DNA of 64,000 nt, taken from the NCBI GenBank assembly GCA_963727625.1, contig CAVSHR010000012.1, forward strand, positions 416,001 through 480,000. The letters run 5' to 3'. This document shows positions 1 through 9,842 of the stretch, piece by piece. The DNA comes from an uncultured delta proteobacterium (GTDB lineage: Bacteria; Desulfobacterota; Binatia; UBA9968). Position 1 is the first letter of the stretch; each line of letters opens with the position of its first letter. The notes under the pieces are model-generated. The model was not told the origin of the DNA and did not search any database. It saw only the letters and a list, made by a program, of their open reading frames with translations. Position numbers and translations under genes: made by a program.

Positions 1-954
1 CACGCCGCCCATAACCAGATAGCTCGCCGCCGTGTGGCGCAGGTCATGAAACCGGAAGGCCTGGATTTCCGCCGCCTGGCAAACCTTCTTAAAAGCGTCA
101 TAGATCGTCGTGCGCCCTATCTCTTCGCCCCACGGCCACATAAACAGGTATTCCCCGTAGCGATGCTTTGAGAGCCACTCTATCGCCTCTCTCACGGCGC
201 GGTTCATCGGAATAGTCTTGAGTTTACGGTTCTTGGTTCTGCCGAAGTAAATCAGCCCGCGCTCAAGATCCAGGTCTTCCCACCGCAGCTGAAGCAGCTC
301 GCCTTGCCGCGCGCCCGTGTTGAGCGCCAGCGCTACCAGTGGATAGAGCCAAGGCGACGTGACTTGCTTTTCGCAAGCCTTCAGCAGCGCCGGGATTTCC
401 GTTTCCGATAAATAGCGAATGCGGCCTTCCTGCACCGGGAACGGCGACACGCCAGCCGCAGGATTTGACTGCGCCAAGCCCCACTTCACGGCCATCTTGA
501 GCATATGCTTTAGCACGGTCAGCTCGCGGTTGACGGTCGATTTCTCTACCTGCTTTTCCCGTTCCCGCTTCCACTTCTCGATTACCCACGGCGTAATGTC
601 GGCCAGATAGCGCCCGGAGAAATACTTCTTGAAGCCTTCCAGCGCGTAGCGCTCGCGGCTATATGACGCTTTATAGCTCTCCGCGTGCTTGTGGTAGCGC
701 TCGATCAATTCCGATACGGGGTGCGGTTTCCTGACCTTCTCAAGATTGAACCTACCTTGCGCAATCTCGCCTTCTCTAGCTCTCAGCGCTTCCCGCGCCA
801 GCTCTCACGTAAAACCCCGCGACTTGCGCCCGACCTTTTCCTTGAGGTCCTTGATAAATTCGCCGCCGTCCGCCCCCACGGTCTTGAACTGATAGCGGAT
901 GTAATAGGTCACGTCGCCGTTTTTGCCCTTGCGTTCGTAGATGCCCTTGGCCAT
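1..954 (-). pseudogene. Tyrosine recombinase/phage integrase with a premature in-frame TGA at 805-807; continues past the window edge
   Basis: MAKGIYERK...GFT*ELAREALRAREGEIAQGRF...STVNRELTVLKHM...LALNTGARQGELLQLRW...FRFHDLRHTAASYLV reads in one frame across the stop; catalytic R and HxxR motifs are visible. Confidence 0.85.
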
Positions 955-956
955 GC

Positions 957-1160
957 CTAGCCCCTCCGTTTCGGTGCCGTCTGTAGCTTCTTGCGCTGCC
1001 CCGCGAGATAGAGCAACGCCAGTTCCGCCAGCTTGGGCAAGGGAATTTCCCCGGTTTCCCAACGGGAGATTGACCGCACATAAAGGTCCATTTCCCTCGC
1101 AAGCTGCGATTGGCTGTAGCCGATGGATTTCCGCAGCTTTGCAAATTCTCGCGGTGTCAT
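957..1160 (-). CDS. XRE-family helix-turn-helix regulator
   Basis: 67 aa, LRKSIGYSQSQLAREMDLYVRSISRWETG is a Cro/C1-type HTH; lies directly upstream of the integrase. Confidence 0.85.
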   Translation of the reverse strand: MTPREFAKLRKSIGYSQSQLAREMDLYVRSISRWETGEIPLPKLAELALLYLAGQRKKLQTAPKRRG

Positions 1161-1195
1161 AGTCGAATCGACTATAGCCGAAACGGCTGATCACG

Positions 1196-1516
1196 TCAAG
1201 GGTATAATTGGCGTGCTTCCAAGCAATTGCGCGCAAGAAAACTTTCAAGGTCCGGGGCCGCTATGATTACCCGCCGCCCGACCCTCTGCGCTCGCAGCTC
1301 CCGCTTACGGATGTACAGACGGACTGTAGACGGCGCGATACGGGCAACGTCGGCGGCTTCCTTCACGGTCAAATAAGGCTTGGTCGGTTCGGTCGGCGCG
1401 CCAGCGTGGCTGGCAACAACCGATAAAACCTCTTGGCGGATAACTTCCCGCAGTTGCGTCACCGTGAGAGTCACGGCAAGAGGGGAGTTTTGACCGTTAG
1501 CTTTGCCGATATCCAT
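1196..1516 (-). CDS. Excisionase-family (HTH_17) DNA-binding protein
   Basis: YLTVKEAADVARIAPSTVRLYIRKRELRAQRVGRRVII is a typical Xis/MerR-like winged HTH; start taken at ATG 1516. Confidence 0.8.
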   Translation of the reverse strand: MDIGKANGQNSPLAVTLTVTQLREVIRQEVLSVVASHAGAPTEPTKPYLTVKEAADVARIAPSTVRLYIRKRELRAQRVGRRVIIAAPDLESFLARNCLEARQLYP

Positions 1517-1523
1517 TGGCGTC

Positions 1524-1946
1524 CTAATGCGCAGTGCAAGGCGTTGACGTGCCGCAGGTACAACCACGGATGCGGGTTACAACCCGGTTTTGTGGTGCTG
1601 CCGGTGCTAGCGCCTCGCGTAAGGTTGGCGCAGTTTCCGGCGCCGCGCTTACTACCGCCGTTTCAGTCATTGTTCGATTCTTGTCCCTCAGCCGCCAGTT
1701 ATAGGGCTTATAATCCGGTCGGTGGCGTCGTCGCGGGGGATTTCTAAGCCGCGCTCCCCGGTTGACGGCCACCTTCCGTTCTTCCCAGAGTAATATCAGA
1801 TCGTCGCTTGTGGCCCATATCAGCCCCCGCTTGGTCCAGTCGGGATATAGGGGAAAGTCGTCCAGCTTGTGCCGCCGCAAAACGGTTGCGGGCGACTTCC
1901 AAGCCATCCTTTTGGCGATCAGTCTTAGCGTTCTAAATTCAGCCAT
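1524..1946 (-). CDS. Hypothetical basic protein, possible N-terminal HTH and C-terminal CxC..C..H metal site
   Basis: 140-aa ORF with GGAG RBS, co-oriented in the element operon; ends RGCTCGTSTPCTAH. Confidence 0.55.
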   Translation of the reverse strand: MAEFRTLRLIAKRMAWKSPATVLRRHKLDDFPLYPDWTKRGLIWATSDDLILLWEERKVAVNRGARLRNPPRRRHRPDYKPYNWRLRDKNRTMTETAVVSAAPETAPTLREALAPAAPQNRVVTRIRGCTCGTSTPCTAH

Positions 1947-1992
1947 CGTTAGTTAGCTCCTACTCAACGCGCTTCTTGCTCCACCCCGCTCC

Positions 1993-2230
1993 GGCGAGAT
2001 CGGTCCATCGAATGTACCGACTCGCCTTCGCGGGGATTCCGATCCTTCGGATCGGGTACAAAAAGGGAAGTGACGCGACCCCGTGTCCTCTCTGCAAGCC
2101 ATGAGCCCGAAATCGTGTTGCCCCGTTCAGCCATTGTTTCAAATACCTCAGAAGGTCAGACGCGCTATATAAGATATATATTTCTGACCGATTTGGAGAC
2201 GTGAGGCGCGGGGGCATGATTGCCCCCCGC
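1993..2230. other. Cluster of inverted repeats around an AT-rich core; putative replication origin or structured RNA
   Basis: Hairpins at 1993-2026, 2039-2055 and 2208-2230; GGTCAGA(2154-2160)...TCTGACC(2183-2189) flanks TATATAAGATATATA; directly downstream of the helicase. Confidence 0.45.
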
Positions 2231-2248
2231 TGCATCTCTCACAGGACC

Positions 2249-3268
2249 TCAAATATCTGAATCAGGTTGTCGCAATTCGCGCTTCCATATCGCTTCGTGC
2301 CCTTTCGTTCCAGCGCTGACCTTAGTCAAAGGCCCCCCCCGTTTTGAGCGTCGCCGCAGAGCGTCTAAAATGTTGGCGCGTACCTTGTCCTCGTCGCCTT
2401 CAAACCCAAGCCGCTTGATGATCTCGGACGTTGTCAACTCCTCGTCGAGGGCAAAAATGGTGACATAGCGATCAAGCTCCCCAGGAACGAACAACCTGCG
2501 ATCCTCATCAAAGATGAATTTGACGGGGTCGGGCCTCAGTCCCCTCGAAACTTTCTCGAATGACAGTTTCACTGCGGGCTCTACACTTTCAAGCATAATG
2601 TGAAATCGGCAATGCTGCGGGAGTGCAGTGGAGCCGCGTGAAGAACTTTGATGACCGGTTTGAGCATTCTTCTTGGGCCGATGGTGAATCATCAAAGGAG
2701 TAGCCCTTGTTTGCTTCATGATGGCTCGAAGCATGCTAATTTCGTTTTTCATTAATTCAATGGCGTCGTTTTCATTCGACATTAAGAACGTACTCCACGA
2801 GTCGAGCGCGAATACTGCACCATCGGGAATCTGACTAATCAGATATCGAGCTGATTTAAGCTCGCTAAGAAAAAGGTGCGAACCTTCGATTGCGGTTGAA
2901 ATCACCCTAAAACGGCTCATCACCTCAGGTTGCGATTTAAGCGCAGGGAATTGCCGAAACAGCTCATCGACGATATATCCGGCTTCGTCTTCCTGCGATA
3001 TGTAGACTACCGTTCTTGGGATGCTGATTTGGAATGGCGCTCCAGGCATGTCTTGGCCAGTTGCAATGGCATAGAGCATTTGTAAAGCAAAATGCGTCTT
3101 ACCAGTGCCCCCGTCAGCAGTGATAAGTGCCATCGTACGGGCATGCCATAAATCATCGATGATCATGTCGGGCTCTTGAGCGGGCCTGTTAACATAGTCC
3201 GCGAGTAGAAAATTTTCCGGTTCGCCCTGGTTGCTATTTAGGATGGCAACATTGTTCGCTTTGGCCAT
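2249..3268 (-). CDS. RepA-like SF4 helicase (AAA_25 family)
   Basis: Walker A ADGGTGKT, Walker B VFALDS, IHH motif and SSRGSTAL as in RSF1010 RepA-type helicases; possible C-terminal wHTH. Confidence 0.8.
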   Translation of the reverse strand: MAKANNVAILNSNQGEPENFLLADYVNRPAQEPDMIIDDLWHARTMALITADGGTGKTHFALQMLYAIATGQDMPGAPFQISIPRTVVYISQEDEAGYIVDELFRQFPALKSQPEVMSRFRVISTAIEGSHLFLSELKSARYLISQIPDGAVFALDSWSTFLMSNENDAIELMKNEISMLRAIMKQTRATPLMIHHRPKKNAQTGHQSSSRGSTALPQHCRFHIMLESVEPAVKLSFEKVSRGLRPDPVKFIFDEDRRLFVPGELDRYVTIFALDEELTTSEIIKRLGFEGDEDKVRANILDALRRRSKRGGPLTKVSAGTKGHEAIWKRELRQPDSDI

Positions 3269-3390
3269 TTTGCTCCCTCTTCTTAAGGTAAATGACTTTT
3301 TTGGGTGCTGTTCTCAGCGCTAGAACCTCACCTCCACATAAACCGAATTTTAACGAACAAAGGCTCTAACTGCGAAAAAACCAGGAAGGG

Positions 3391-4398
3391 TCAAAACGCG
3401 CTTTTTGGCAGGCCCAAATCTTGAGCAAGGGTACCCGGTTCGCCCAAAAGGCGAGGGCGAAGGTACGTAGCCAGTATTTCGGAAAGGACGGGATTGGATC
3501 GTAGCTTTCGCGTGTTTGGCTGGACGTAAGTGTAATGAAATGACTCAATCTCTGAGACGATATTGTCCGAATCAAGCTTGCTGCGCATCAGCGGACCAAG
3601 CGCACTCAAGCGGCGCAAGCCGGAGATGCCTTTAAGCGCGCGACTCACAATAAACGCGGTGTAGAATCGTCGGCGATCGTGCTGTCGCTGAATCCAATGA
3701 AATCCCTCGATCTGGGAAGCTTCGTCAAGAATGCATTTCAATTCTTGGGAGGATTCACGCCCCTCTGCCAACTCATCCATTACGATTTGGTTCGCAACCG
3801 CAGCGGCAACACCGACCCAATACGTAAGCGGGCGGTCCGGCGTCGCTCCGCCCGGCTGCCGCTTCGCGTAATGACAAGCCATGGCCAGCATTCCACTTAA
3901 CCGTTGCGCGAAGTCGGCCAATACTGTTTCTAAATTTTCATGGGGCAATGTTTGAATCTTGCTGCCCAACTTTACTGTGACTTTCGCCGGTAGTTTAGAG
4001 TGAAGCGCCAGCGTCGAGGCTTGTAAGAGCGCGATCGCTTTTTCCCATTGTGGCTTGCTGCTGGAAAAGGTTATGGCTTGAGCTTCAATCGTCGGAACGT
4101 TACTCTTTGTTTTCTTTTGGAGGGCCCTAATCTTCTTTGCGGCACCGGGAGAAATCCACGACGTGCAAGGTTTACGTAGATTGACAATGAATTGATTCCG
4201 TCGAAGCGGAGGGGGGTAATTCAGGCTCCAGTGTAAGGCTCCCGTGATAATCGTCGCCCAATTGATGCAATCTTCTCCCTGCTTTGGCAGGTCGTGCCTC
4301 TTAATGGCCACGCTCACTGTGATACCGCACTCGGCAAGGTTCAATGACAATTTGATCGGCGCGGCTATTCTTTTCTGCTTTGAAGAAATATCTAACAC
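3391..4398 (-). CDS. Hypothetical protein
   Basis: 335-aa ORF co-oriented with the helicase; no motif recognised. Confidence 0.55.
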   Translation of the reverse strand: MLDISSKQKRIAAPIKLSLNLAECGITVSVAIKRHDLPKQGEDCINWATIITGALHWSLNYPPPLRRNQFIVNLRKPCTSWISPGAAKKIRALQKKTKSNVPTIEAQAITFSSSKPQWEKAIALLQASTLALHSKLPAKVTVKLGSKIQTLPHENLETVLADFAQRLSGMLAMACHYAKRQPGGATPDRPLTYWVGVAAAVANQIVMDELAEGRESSQELKCILDEASQIEGFHWIQRQHDRRRFYTAFIVSRALKGISGLRRLSALGPLMRSKLDSDNIVSEIESFHYTYVQPNTRKLRSNPVLSEILATYLRPRLLGEPGTLAQDLGLPKSAF

Positions 4399-4570
4399 GA
4401 TAAACCCACAGCAAAAGCAAGTTTTTTTTCTAATTTACTCTTTTCTTTCGTTGCTAAAAAGCAAAATATGACGAAACAGAAAATTAGAGGCCGCGCCCTC
4501 ACCTCAAGGTGCGACAACCGCAGCTAGAGAAGAAGCAAGCTTAAGCCGTGATTGCCGACAAGGAGGACTT

Positions 4571-4930
4571 ATGGAACTTCAGCTTGAATGGATCAGACCG
4601 ATAGTTTTCGCTTTGTTTACGATCTGGCTTTTTTCCAATCTTATTTGGGATTTCATTCTGACTGTGATTAAGACCTACGAGCGTATGCGGAGTGACGAGG
4701 CTAGCATTTTTGATTTCAAAGCAGAGATTCAAGGTTTCGCTGTGCTATGTGTTTTGGTTGGGTGGGCACTCGTTTATTTGTATCGCTCGTTTCAAGAGCC
4801 GGCGTCGGTGACTTGGGTTACCTGGACTATCGCAGGTGTATCAGTTGCAGTTGCCGCTTGGGTCAATCGCATAGTGGAAAACAAATGGCGGCGTATGGAT
4901 TGGGGACCTATAGGGCCTGAACGGTTATAA
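4571..4930 (+). CDS. Hypothetical membrane protein (about 3 TM)
   Basis: AGGAGG RBS 5 nt before the ATG; three hydrophobic segments. Confidence 0.7.
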   Translation: MELQLEWIRPIVFALFTIWLFSNLIWDFILTVIKTYERMRSDEASIFDFKAEIQGFAVLCVLVGWALVYLYRSFQEPASVTWVTWTIAGVSVAVAAWVNRIVENKWRRMDWGPIGPERL

Positions 4931-4973
4931 CTGGTCATCACCATCCACGGTCATATGCCCGGAAGCGCTTCTC

Positions 4974-5324
4974 TTATCGCCGCAACGTTGCATTTGCTAA
5001 CCGCCACTGTATGAGGTTGTCATGTGTGGTCGCTTCACAGCTACGTTCAATTTCCGCCAGATCAAGATCCGCTGGAACCTCCAGGGCGATCTTTCCTTCG
5101 GACCGCGCTACAACATTACCCCACTTCTCGCAGTTTGAATCGACTGAAACCGATATGGCTGATAAATTCTTTAAAGCTATACGATTCTCGGTCAAATCAC
5201 CTAACTGTGCTTCGGCTGGCATTACTGCCCAACCTAGAATGCAAGTGAGAAAAATAGTTGCACAAATATATGCCACTATGAGCGAGCCGAATGACCAAGG
5301 TTTCAGCAACATATCCGCTCCCAA
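4974..5324 (-). CDS. Hypothetical exported/membrane protein
   Basis: Hydrophobic N-terminus ending AEA; AGGAG upstream. Confidence 0.5.
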   Translation of the reverse strand: MGADMLLKPWSFGSLIVAYICATIFLTCILGWAVMPAEAQLGDLTENRIALKNLSAISVSVDSNCEKWGNVVARSEGKIALEVPADLDLAEIERSCEATTHDNLIQWRLANATLRR

Positions 5325-5403
5325 TTGCTATTCACTCCTGCGTGCGGCGCCAGTCGATGTTAAAGCAAGCAAGCTGGCTCCACTTATGAGGAGAAAATCA
5401 CGG

Positions 5404-6099
5404 TTAATAACACGAGACTGTGTAGAAGCTTTGGAGTATTTGACCATAGCAGTTCGTCGGTGGACGGTACGCTCGTGCATTGGCAAGCGCATACGCCTGT
5501 AATCCCGCCGCCAGCGCTAACCCGGTTGACCGCAGCGCACGCTCAATTCGCGCATCCTGCTCATCGGCTTTGATAGTGTTCGCCCTCAGCAATACTGCTT
5601 CATTCTTGGTTTGGTCTATCATCCATGTCCACGCATAATTAAACAGCGCCCTATGCTCCTCTGGCGTAATCTCCCCCGCATCAATGGCGTTCGCCAGATG
5701 GCGAGCCGCCGCAAGCATGTATTCCTCATAAATTTTCAGTGTGAAACGTTTCCTTGCTTCCTCCTCGTGCACTTGAACAATTACCGCGTGTGCCGGGAGC
5801 CAGCGCCACGTCCAATCGTCTGTATAAGGGCTGTTTGTGAACTTCCATAGGCGATAATCGCAGCCCTGAAAAGGGTCCGACCCAGTATGCCTTACTTGCA
5901 CTCCCTTCTTATATTCGGTGATGCCGGTCGGTTGTTTGGGGCACATTGAATTAAGCCGCAGGCGTGCCGCAATCCACGCTTCGTCCTTAAGTTTTAGCTC
6001 CTGCTCAAACTGCGCCTCTTCGCGGCGAGCCATCGCACCGGCACAGGCTTGCAAGAAGATTAATGCTACTATCCAAATCAGTCGAATGAACTTCTCCAT
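5404..6099 (-). CDS. Hypothetical lipoprotein
   Basis: MEKFIRLIWIVALIFLQAC lipobox; GGAGG upstream; C-terminal PTNCY...TVSCY motif. Confidence 0.7.
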   Translation of the reverse strand: MEKFIRLIWIVALIFLQACAGAMARREEAQFEQELKLKDEAWIAARLRLNSMCPKQPTGITEYKKGVQVRHTGSDPFQGCDYRLWKFTNSPYTDDWTWRWLPAHAVIVQVHEEEARKRFTLKIYEEYMLAAARHLANAIDAGEITPEEHRALFNYAWTWMIDQTKNEAVLLRANTIKADEQDARIERALRSTGLALAAGLQAYALANARAYRPPTNCYGQILQSFYTVSCY

Positions 6100-6246
6100 C
6101 CCGAGTCCTCCATCGGGCATTATAAGCCGGACTCGTCGGCGTGTCACCGGAAAAGTTCGCAGGCATGTTTTTCGTGGCTTCAGGCAAGCGTGCTATAATT
6201 TTCCGCGGTATCTTTCCGCTGGCGACCAACCTTGCAACTCACAAAG

Positions 6247-7731
6247 TTAAATTGTCTCTTGAGCCCGCTTATAACGCCTTCTAGCTATCGATCGAACAAG
6301 ATAGACGCTGCCTGCGGTTAGCGCCAAAATCAAAAATCCCAAGACCATAAAAAACTGGGTAAAGGTCAAGGTTGGGGTGGTCACAAAAGCAATTTGGCGA
6401 TCCGCTCGCAGATACTTTTGCGCGGCTCGTTGAACGTCATTGAGAGTTATCCTCGCTATCGAATCTTCATGGTTAGACAATTTACCATTGGTCTTTAACT
6501 CAGGCAGGCTTCCGACATAGTAGGCTGCAATATCGCGGTTCGCCTCGTATCCTTGCACACGTTCTAATAGGATTCGCTGTTTGGCCGCTTCAATGTCTTC
6601 GGCTTTGATGTGACCCTCTTTAATATTCTCGATCTGTTGCTCTAGCAGCGCTTTTGCTGTCTCAATCTTATCGAGATTCACATCCGTGGCGATCAAAAAG
6701 ATGCCGTAGTCTGCGCCCGCGCCATAGGCCGAAGCGGGGGAATACGAGAGGGCTTTATCAACGCGAATATTTTCATAGAGCTGGCGGTTGAGGTATCTCC
6801 ACGCGACCCAAAGCGCATAATAATCTGGCGAGGTTGACCCATCGGTGCGATACGAAAGCCCGATGGTCGCATCGTTTCCGACAAGGGGGGACAATGTTCC
6901 GGTAAAACTTTTTGCCTCCGTGGGATACGGCGGTGTAACAATCCGGTCTCCGTTGCTCGCTCTAGGTGGCAACTTGCCAAACGTGGTCTTGATCTTTGCG
7001 ACCAAGGAATCGCGGTCGAAGCTTCCCACCACAACTAGAGTCATATTCGACGGTACGTAGTACGATTTAAGCGCGTTGCGAACGTCGGTTTCCTCGATTC
7101 CTTCGGGCGAGATGAAGCCCGGGCAACCTGCCCCATCGCCAGGCAGTAGGGCGTCGGACGCCTTAGAGACAGCCGGTTTCATGATTCCCATTTCATAAAG
7201 CCATTGAACCAGATTTGATAGCTTACCCGAGCGTTCCCGATGGATGACGGCGCGGGCCGATTCGATGGTTTTCGGCGTGATCACCGTATCGGTCATCATC
7301 TCGTAAAGTGTGTCAATAGCTACGAAAAGGTGCTTGTCGAAAATATCGATTTGGTAACCCGTCTGCGTTGCGGACGTATAACCGTTCCAAGCTCCGCCAT
7401 GATCTTGAATCAATCGTTGAAGCCCCGCCTCGCTGTGCTTGGACGTGCCCATGAATAGCAGGTGCTCCAAGAAGTGCGGCGTTTCGCGCTTGGGACACGG
7501 AAAGTTTCTATTACCCACGTTGACGGCCAAACGAACCGACACGCTATGGGCTAGAGTGCGCTTCTTAAGCACGACATCGAAGCCGTTAGACAGCTTGAAA
7601 TAATCCACGTCGTAGAGGCCGGGCGGGTCGTATTCGCTGGCATGTAACGCGGTGGGAACAACCGATAGCGCTGCTAGGAGCAGTAGTCCTAAGAGCATGG
7701 CTAGTCGAGGCGCAAGCCCTGTGCCAGTCAC
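6247..7731 (-). CDS. M16 (pitrilysin/insulinase) zinc metallopeptidase, exported with a C-terminal membrane anchor
   Basis: HFLEH inverted zinc motif, WNGYTS, YYVPSNMTLVVVG; signal peptide; C-terminal TM helix followed by a basic tail. Confidence 0.9.
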   Translation of the reverse strand: MTGTGLAPRLAMLLGLLLLAALSVVPTALHASEYDPPGLYDVDYFKLSNGFDVVLKKRTLAHSVSVRLAVNVGNRNFPCPKRETPHFLEHLLFMGTSKHSEAGLQRLIQDHGGAWNGYTSATQTGYQIDIFDKHLFVAIDTLYEMMTDTVITPKTIESARAVIHRERSGKLSNLVQWLYEMGIMKPAVSKASDALLPGDGAGCPGFISPEGIEETDVRNALKSYYVPSNMTLVVVGSFDRDSLVAKIKTTFGKLPPRASNGDRIVTPPYPTEAKSFTGTLSPLVGNDATIGLSYRTDGSTSPDYYALWVAWRYLNRQLYENIRVDKALSYSPASAYGAGADYGIFLIATDVNLDKIETAKALLEQQIENIKEGHIKAEDIEAAKQRILLERVQGYEANRDIAAYYVGSLPELKTNGKLSNHEDSIARITLNDVQRAAQKYLRADRQIAFVTTPTLTFTQFFMVLGFLILALTAGSVYLVRSIARRRYKRAQETI

Positions 7732-7982
7732 TTAAGTGTAGTGGAATCGTGTAGTTGCCAGGTTTACCAAATACAGACTGAGGGTCAGAGGTGACCAATT
7801 CTGGCAAAACGTGACAAATGACGCTTTCGCCCCTCTAAGTCGGCAAACAGCGACACACGGAACTTTCGCTCGTCGTGCTCGGCCAAAAGCCTACCCGGCG
7901 TATTGGGTATTCATGTATAATCTTGCTCTATGGATTGGTTTCGAGCGGCGGTTGGACGCGTCGTTCTCGGTGCGGAGGCACA

Positions 7983-8499
7983 ATGAAAATCTGGCTGATC
8001 GTCTTTGTAGCGGTGTTTTTGGCGTCGTGTTCTACGGCCTACCAACCGGTCGGCCTTACTGGCGGATTTTCCTCGACGCAGCTCGACGAAAATGTTTTTC
8101 AGGTATCGTTCCAGGGAAATGGATACACGGCAGGCAAGAGCCGGAGATTTCGCCTTGCTTAGAAGCGCCGAAGTCGCGTTAGAGCACAGCTACCCATATT
8201 TCGCCATTGTCGATGGCCACCGCTACGCCGAGCAGACCGCGTACACAACGCCGCGCACCTCAACCACAAACCTGAATGCGACTACCTACGGAACCGTGTC
8301 CAGCTACGGAAGCACCGGAACCTATACCGGCAACACTTACGGCACCGCGACAACCACCAACTATGGCGGGCAAACCTTTTTCATCCGACGCCCGACCGCG
8401 TCCAATACCATCGTTTGCTTCAAGGAAAGGCCGCAGGGGTTCGTATATAACGCGGCGTTCATCGTGAAGTCCATGAAGGAAAAGTATGGCATTGAATAG
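7983..8499 (+). pseudogene. Frameshifted lipoprotein (CC0125/CC1285-like)
   Basis: MKIWLIVFVAVFLASC lipobox ...FQGNGYT then a frame change near 8130-8140 to RAGDFALLRSAEVALEHSYPYF...; the two ORFs join into one coherent family-like protein. Confidence 0.7.
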
Positions 8500-8797
8500 C
8501 GCTTCGTCAATTCGCGTTGCCGTGTTGCTCGTCGGTCTTTTGAGCATACCGGCTTTGGCTGGCGCTGCCGGATGGGTGTTGGTCGCGCCACCGCGAGATG
8601 AGAAGGGAAACTATCTCCGCAACGTGCCGGTTAACGGTTCGTGGACGCAGCTTGCCGCGTTTGACACTGCGGCCCAGTGTGAAGAACAGCGTAGGGTGGA
8701 AATCGATATTTATAAACCTGATTTCCGACTATGGCGACAGGAATTTTTAATTCGCTGCATGCCCTATGACTTGTGGTGGAAAGCGCAGCAAAAATGA
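8486..8797 (+). CDS. Hypothetical secreted protein
   Basis: Signal peptide, then GWVLVAPP...FDTAAQC...RC. Confidence 0.65.
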   Translation: MALNSASSIRVAVLLVGLLSIPALAGAAGWVLVAPPRDEKGNYLRNVPVNGSWTQLAAFDTAAQCEEQRRVEIDIYKPDFRLWRQEFLIRCMPYDLWWKAQQK

Positions 8798-8799
8798 GA

Positions 8800-9588
8800 C
8801 TAACGCCGCTCGTTGAAAAAGCCGGCTGACGTAAGTTCATCGAACAGAGTGTTGATATTGCCCTCGCAAAATTCTTGATAGGTCACTAAGAACCCGTTTC
8901 GCAATTTCTCCCCTTCTTCGGTTGTCTTCTTGCCCGTCGCATGTCTGAGGATTTCATAAACTAACCAATCGGCGGCCTGCAAAGGTGGAAACGCGTGGCT
9001 TGATTGGGTTACAACTGTCCCGATTTTCTCTCGGTCCTCAAAACTGACGTTTTCTTTCATTAGCAGCCTGATTCTGTCGGCCTTCCCAATTATCTTGTCT
9101 CTTTTATCCAAGACAAAAGAAACCTGCATTCCGTCTGGTACCTTCCTTGTTGCTTCGATCAAAAGATATTGCCAGCAGGCGTGATAGTGCGGTAGAAATT
9201 TCGACTTTGGATGCTGCCCGTAGTCCTCGATATTCAACGATACGCCAATCCCGGTCGGTGTCGTCGTTTCAAGCACAGTTAACAACTCGCCCTGTAGCTC
9301 CGTAATACGCTCGCTGGGCCAGCCCTTGAACTCCTTTTCACACTGGGTGCAATCATGCGCGTGATATTCAGAAAGACCGTAGCGGTTGGTTATTTCTCGC
9401 CAGCTTTCATCAAAAGTTTGCCAGGCATCTAGCGGCGCTATCCAACCACCAAGCACAAAAAGTATATTACCCTTTCCGTCAGCGCTTTCATCTATGTAGG
9501 CCGCAAGTGGCATAAGCAATCTCAACCGATCCGTGAATCTGTGTAGAGTGCCCCTAGTTTCGGTAAGGATATCACATTCGGTCGACAT
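8800..9588 (-). CDS. DUF3800-family protein (RNase H-like fold)
   Basis: AYIDES near the N-terminus, EYHA motif and C-terminal PLQAADWLVYE; true start probably about 25 codons in (MPLAAYIDES). Confidence 0.75.
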   Translation of the reverse strand: MSTECDILTETRGTLHRFTDRLRLLMPLAAYIDESADGKGNILFVLGGWIAPLDAWQTFDESWREITNRYGLSEYHAHDCTQCEKEFKGWPSERITELQGELLTVLETTTPTGIGVSLNIEDYGQHPKSKFLPHYHACWQYLLIEATRKVPDGMQVSFVLDKRDKIIGKADRIRLLMKENVSFEDREKIGTVVTQSSHAFPPLQAADWLVYEILRHATGKKTTEEGEKLRNGFLVTYQEFCEGNINTLFDELTSAGFFNERR

Positions 9589-9702
9589 CAGTCGCTCTTT
9601 TAAATCGCTCGCGTAGTTATTGGCCAGCGCCCTTTCTACCTCCCGTCACGGCACGCCGACAAGCTAACCGGACTCGAACCCCTCCCCCCCTGGGGCCTGA
9701 AA

Positions 9703-9724
9703 AAAACGTTCCAGAAAACGTTCC
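9703..9724 (+). repeat. Tandem direct repeat AAAACGTTCC x2; putative integrase arm-type sites
   Basis: AAAACGTTCC-AG-AAAACGTTCC about 120 bp inside the att core. Confidence 0.45.
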
Positions 9725-9842
9725 GGTTTTGTGCCAACTTCGGGTGACAAACGGTAGCAGCCAGTGATTACTGCACGCGGGGTGAAGCGTGATTTCTTGA
9801 CGCCTTAGCATTCGCTGTCATCCGGTGATTCGTCGTTTGGGG

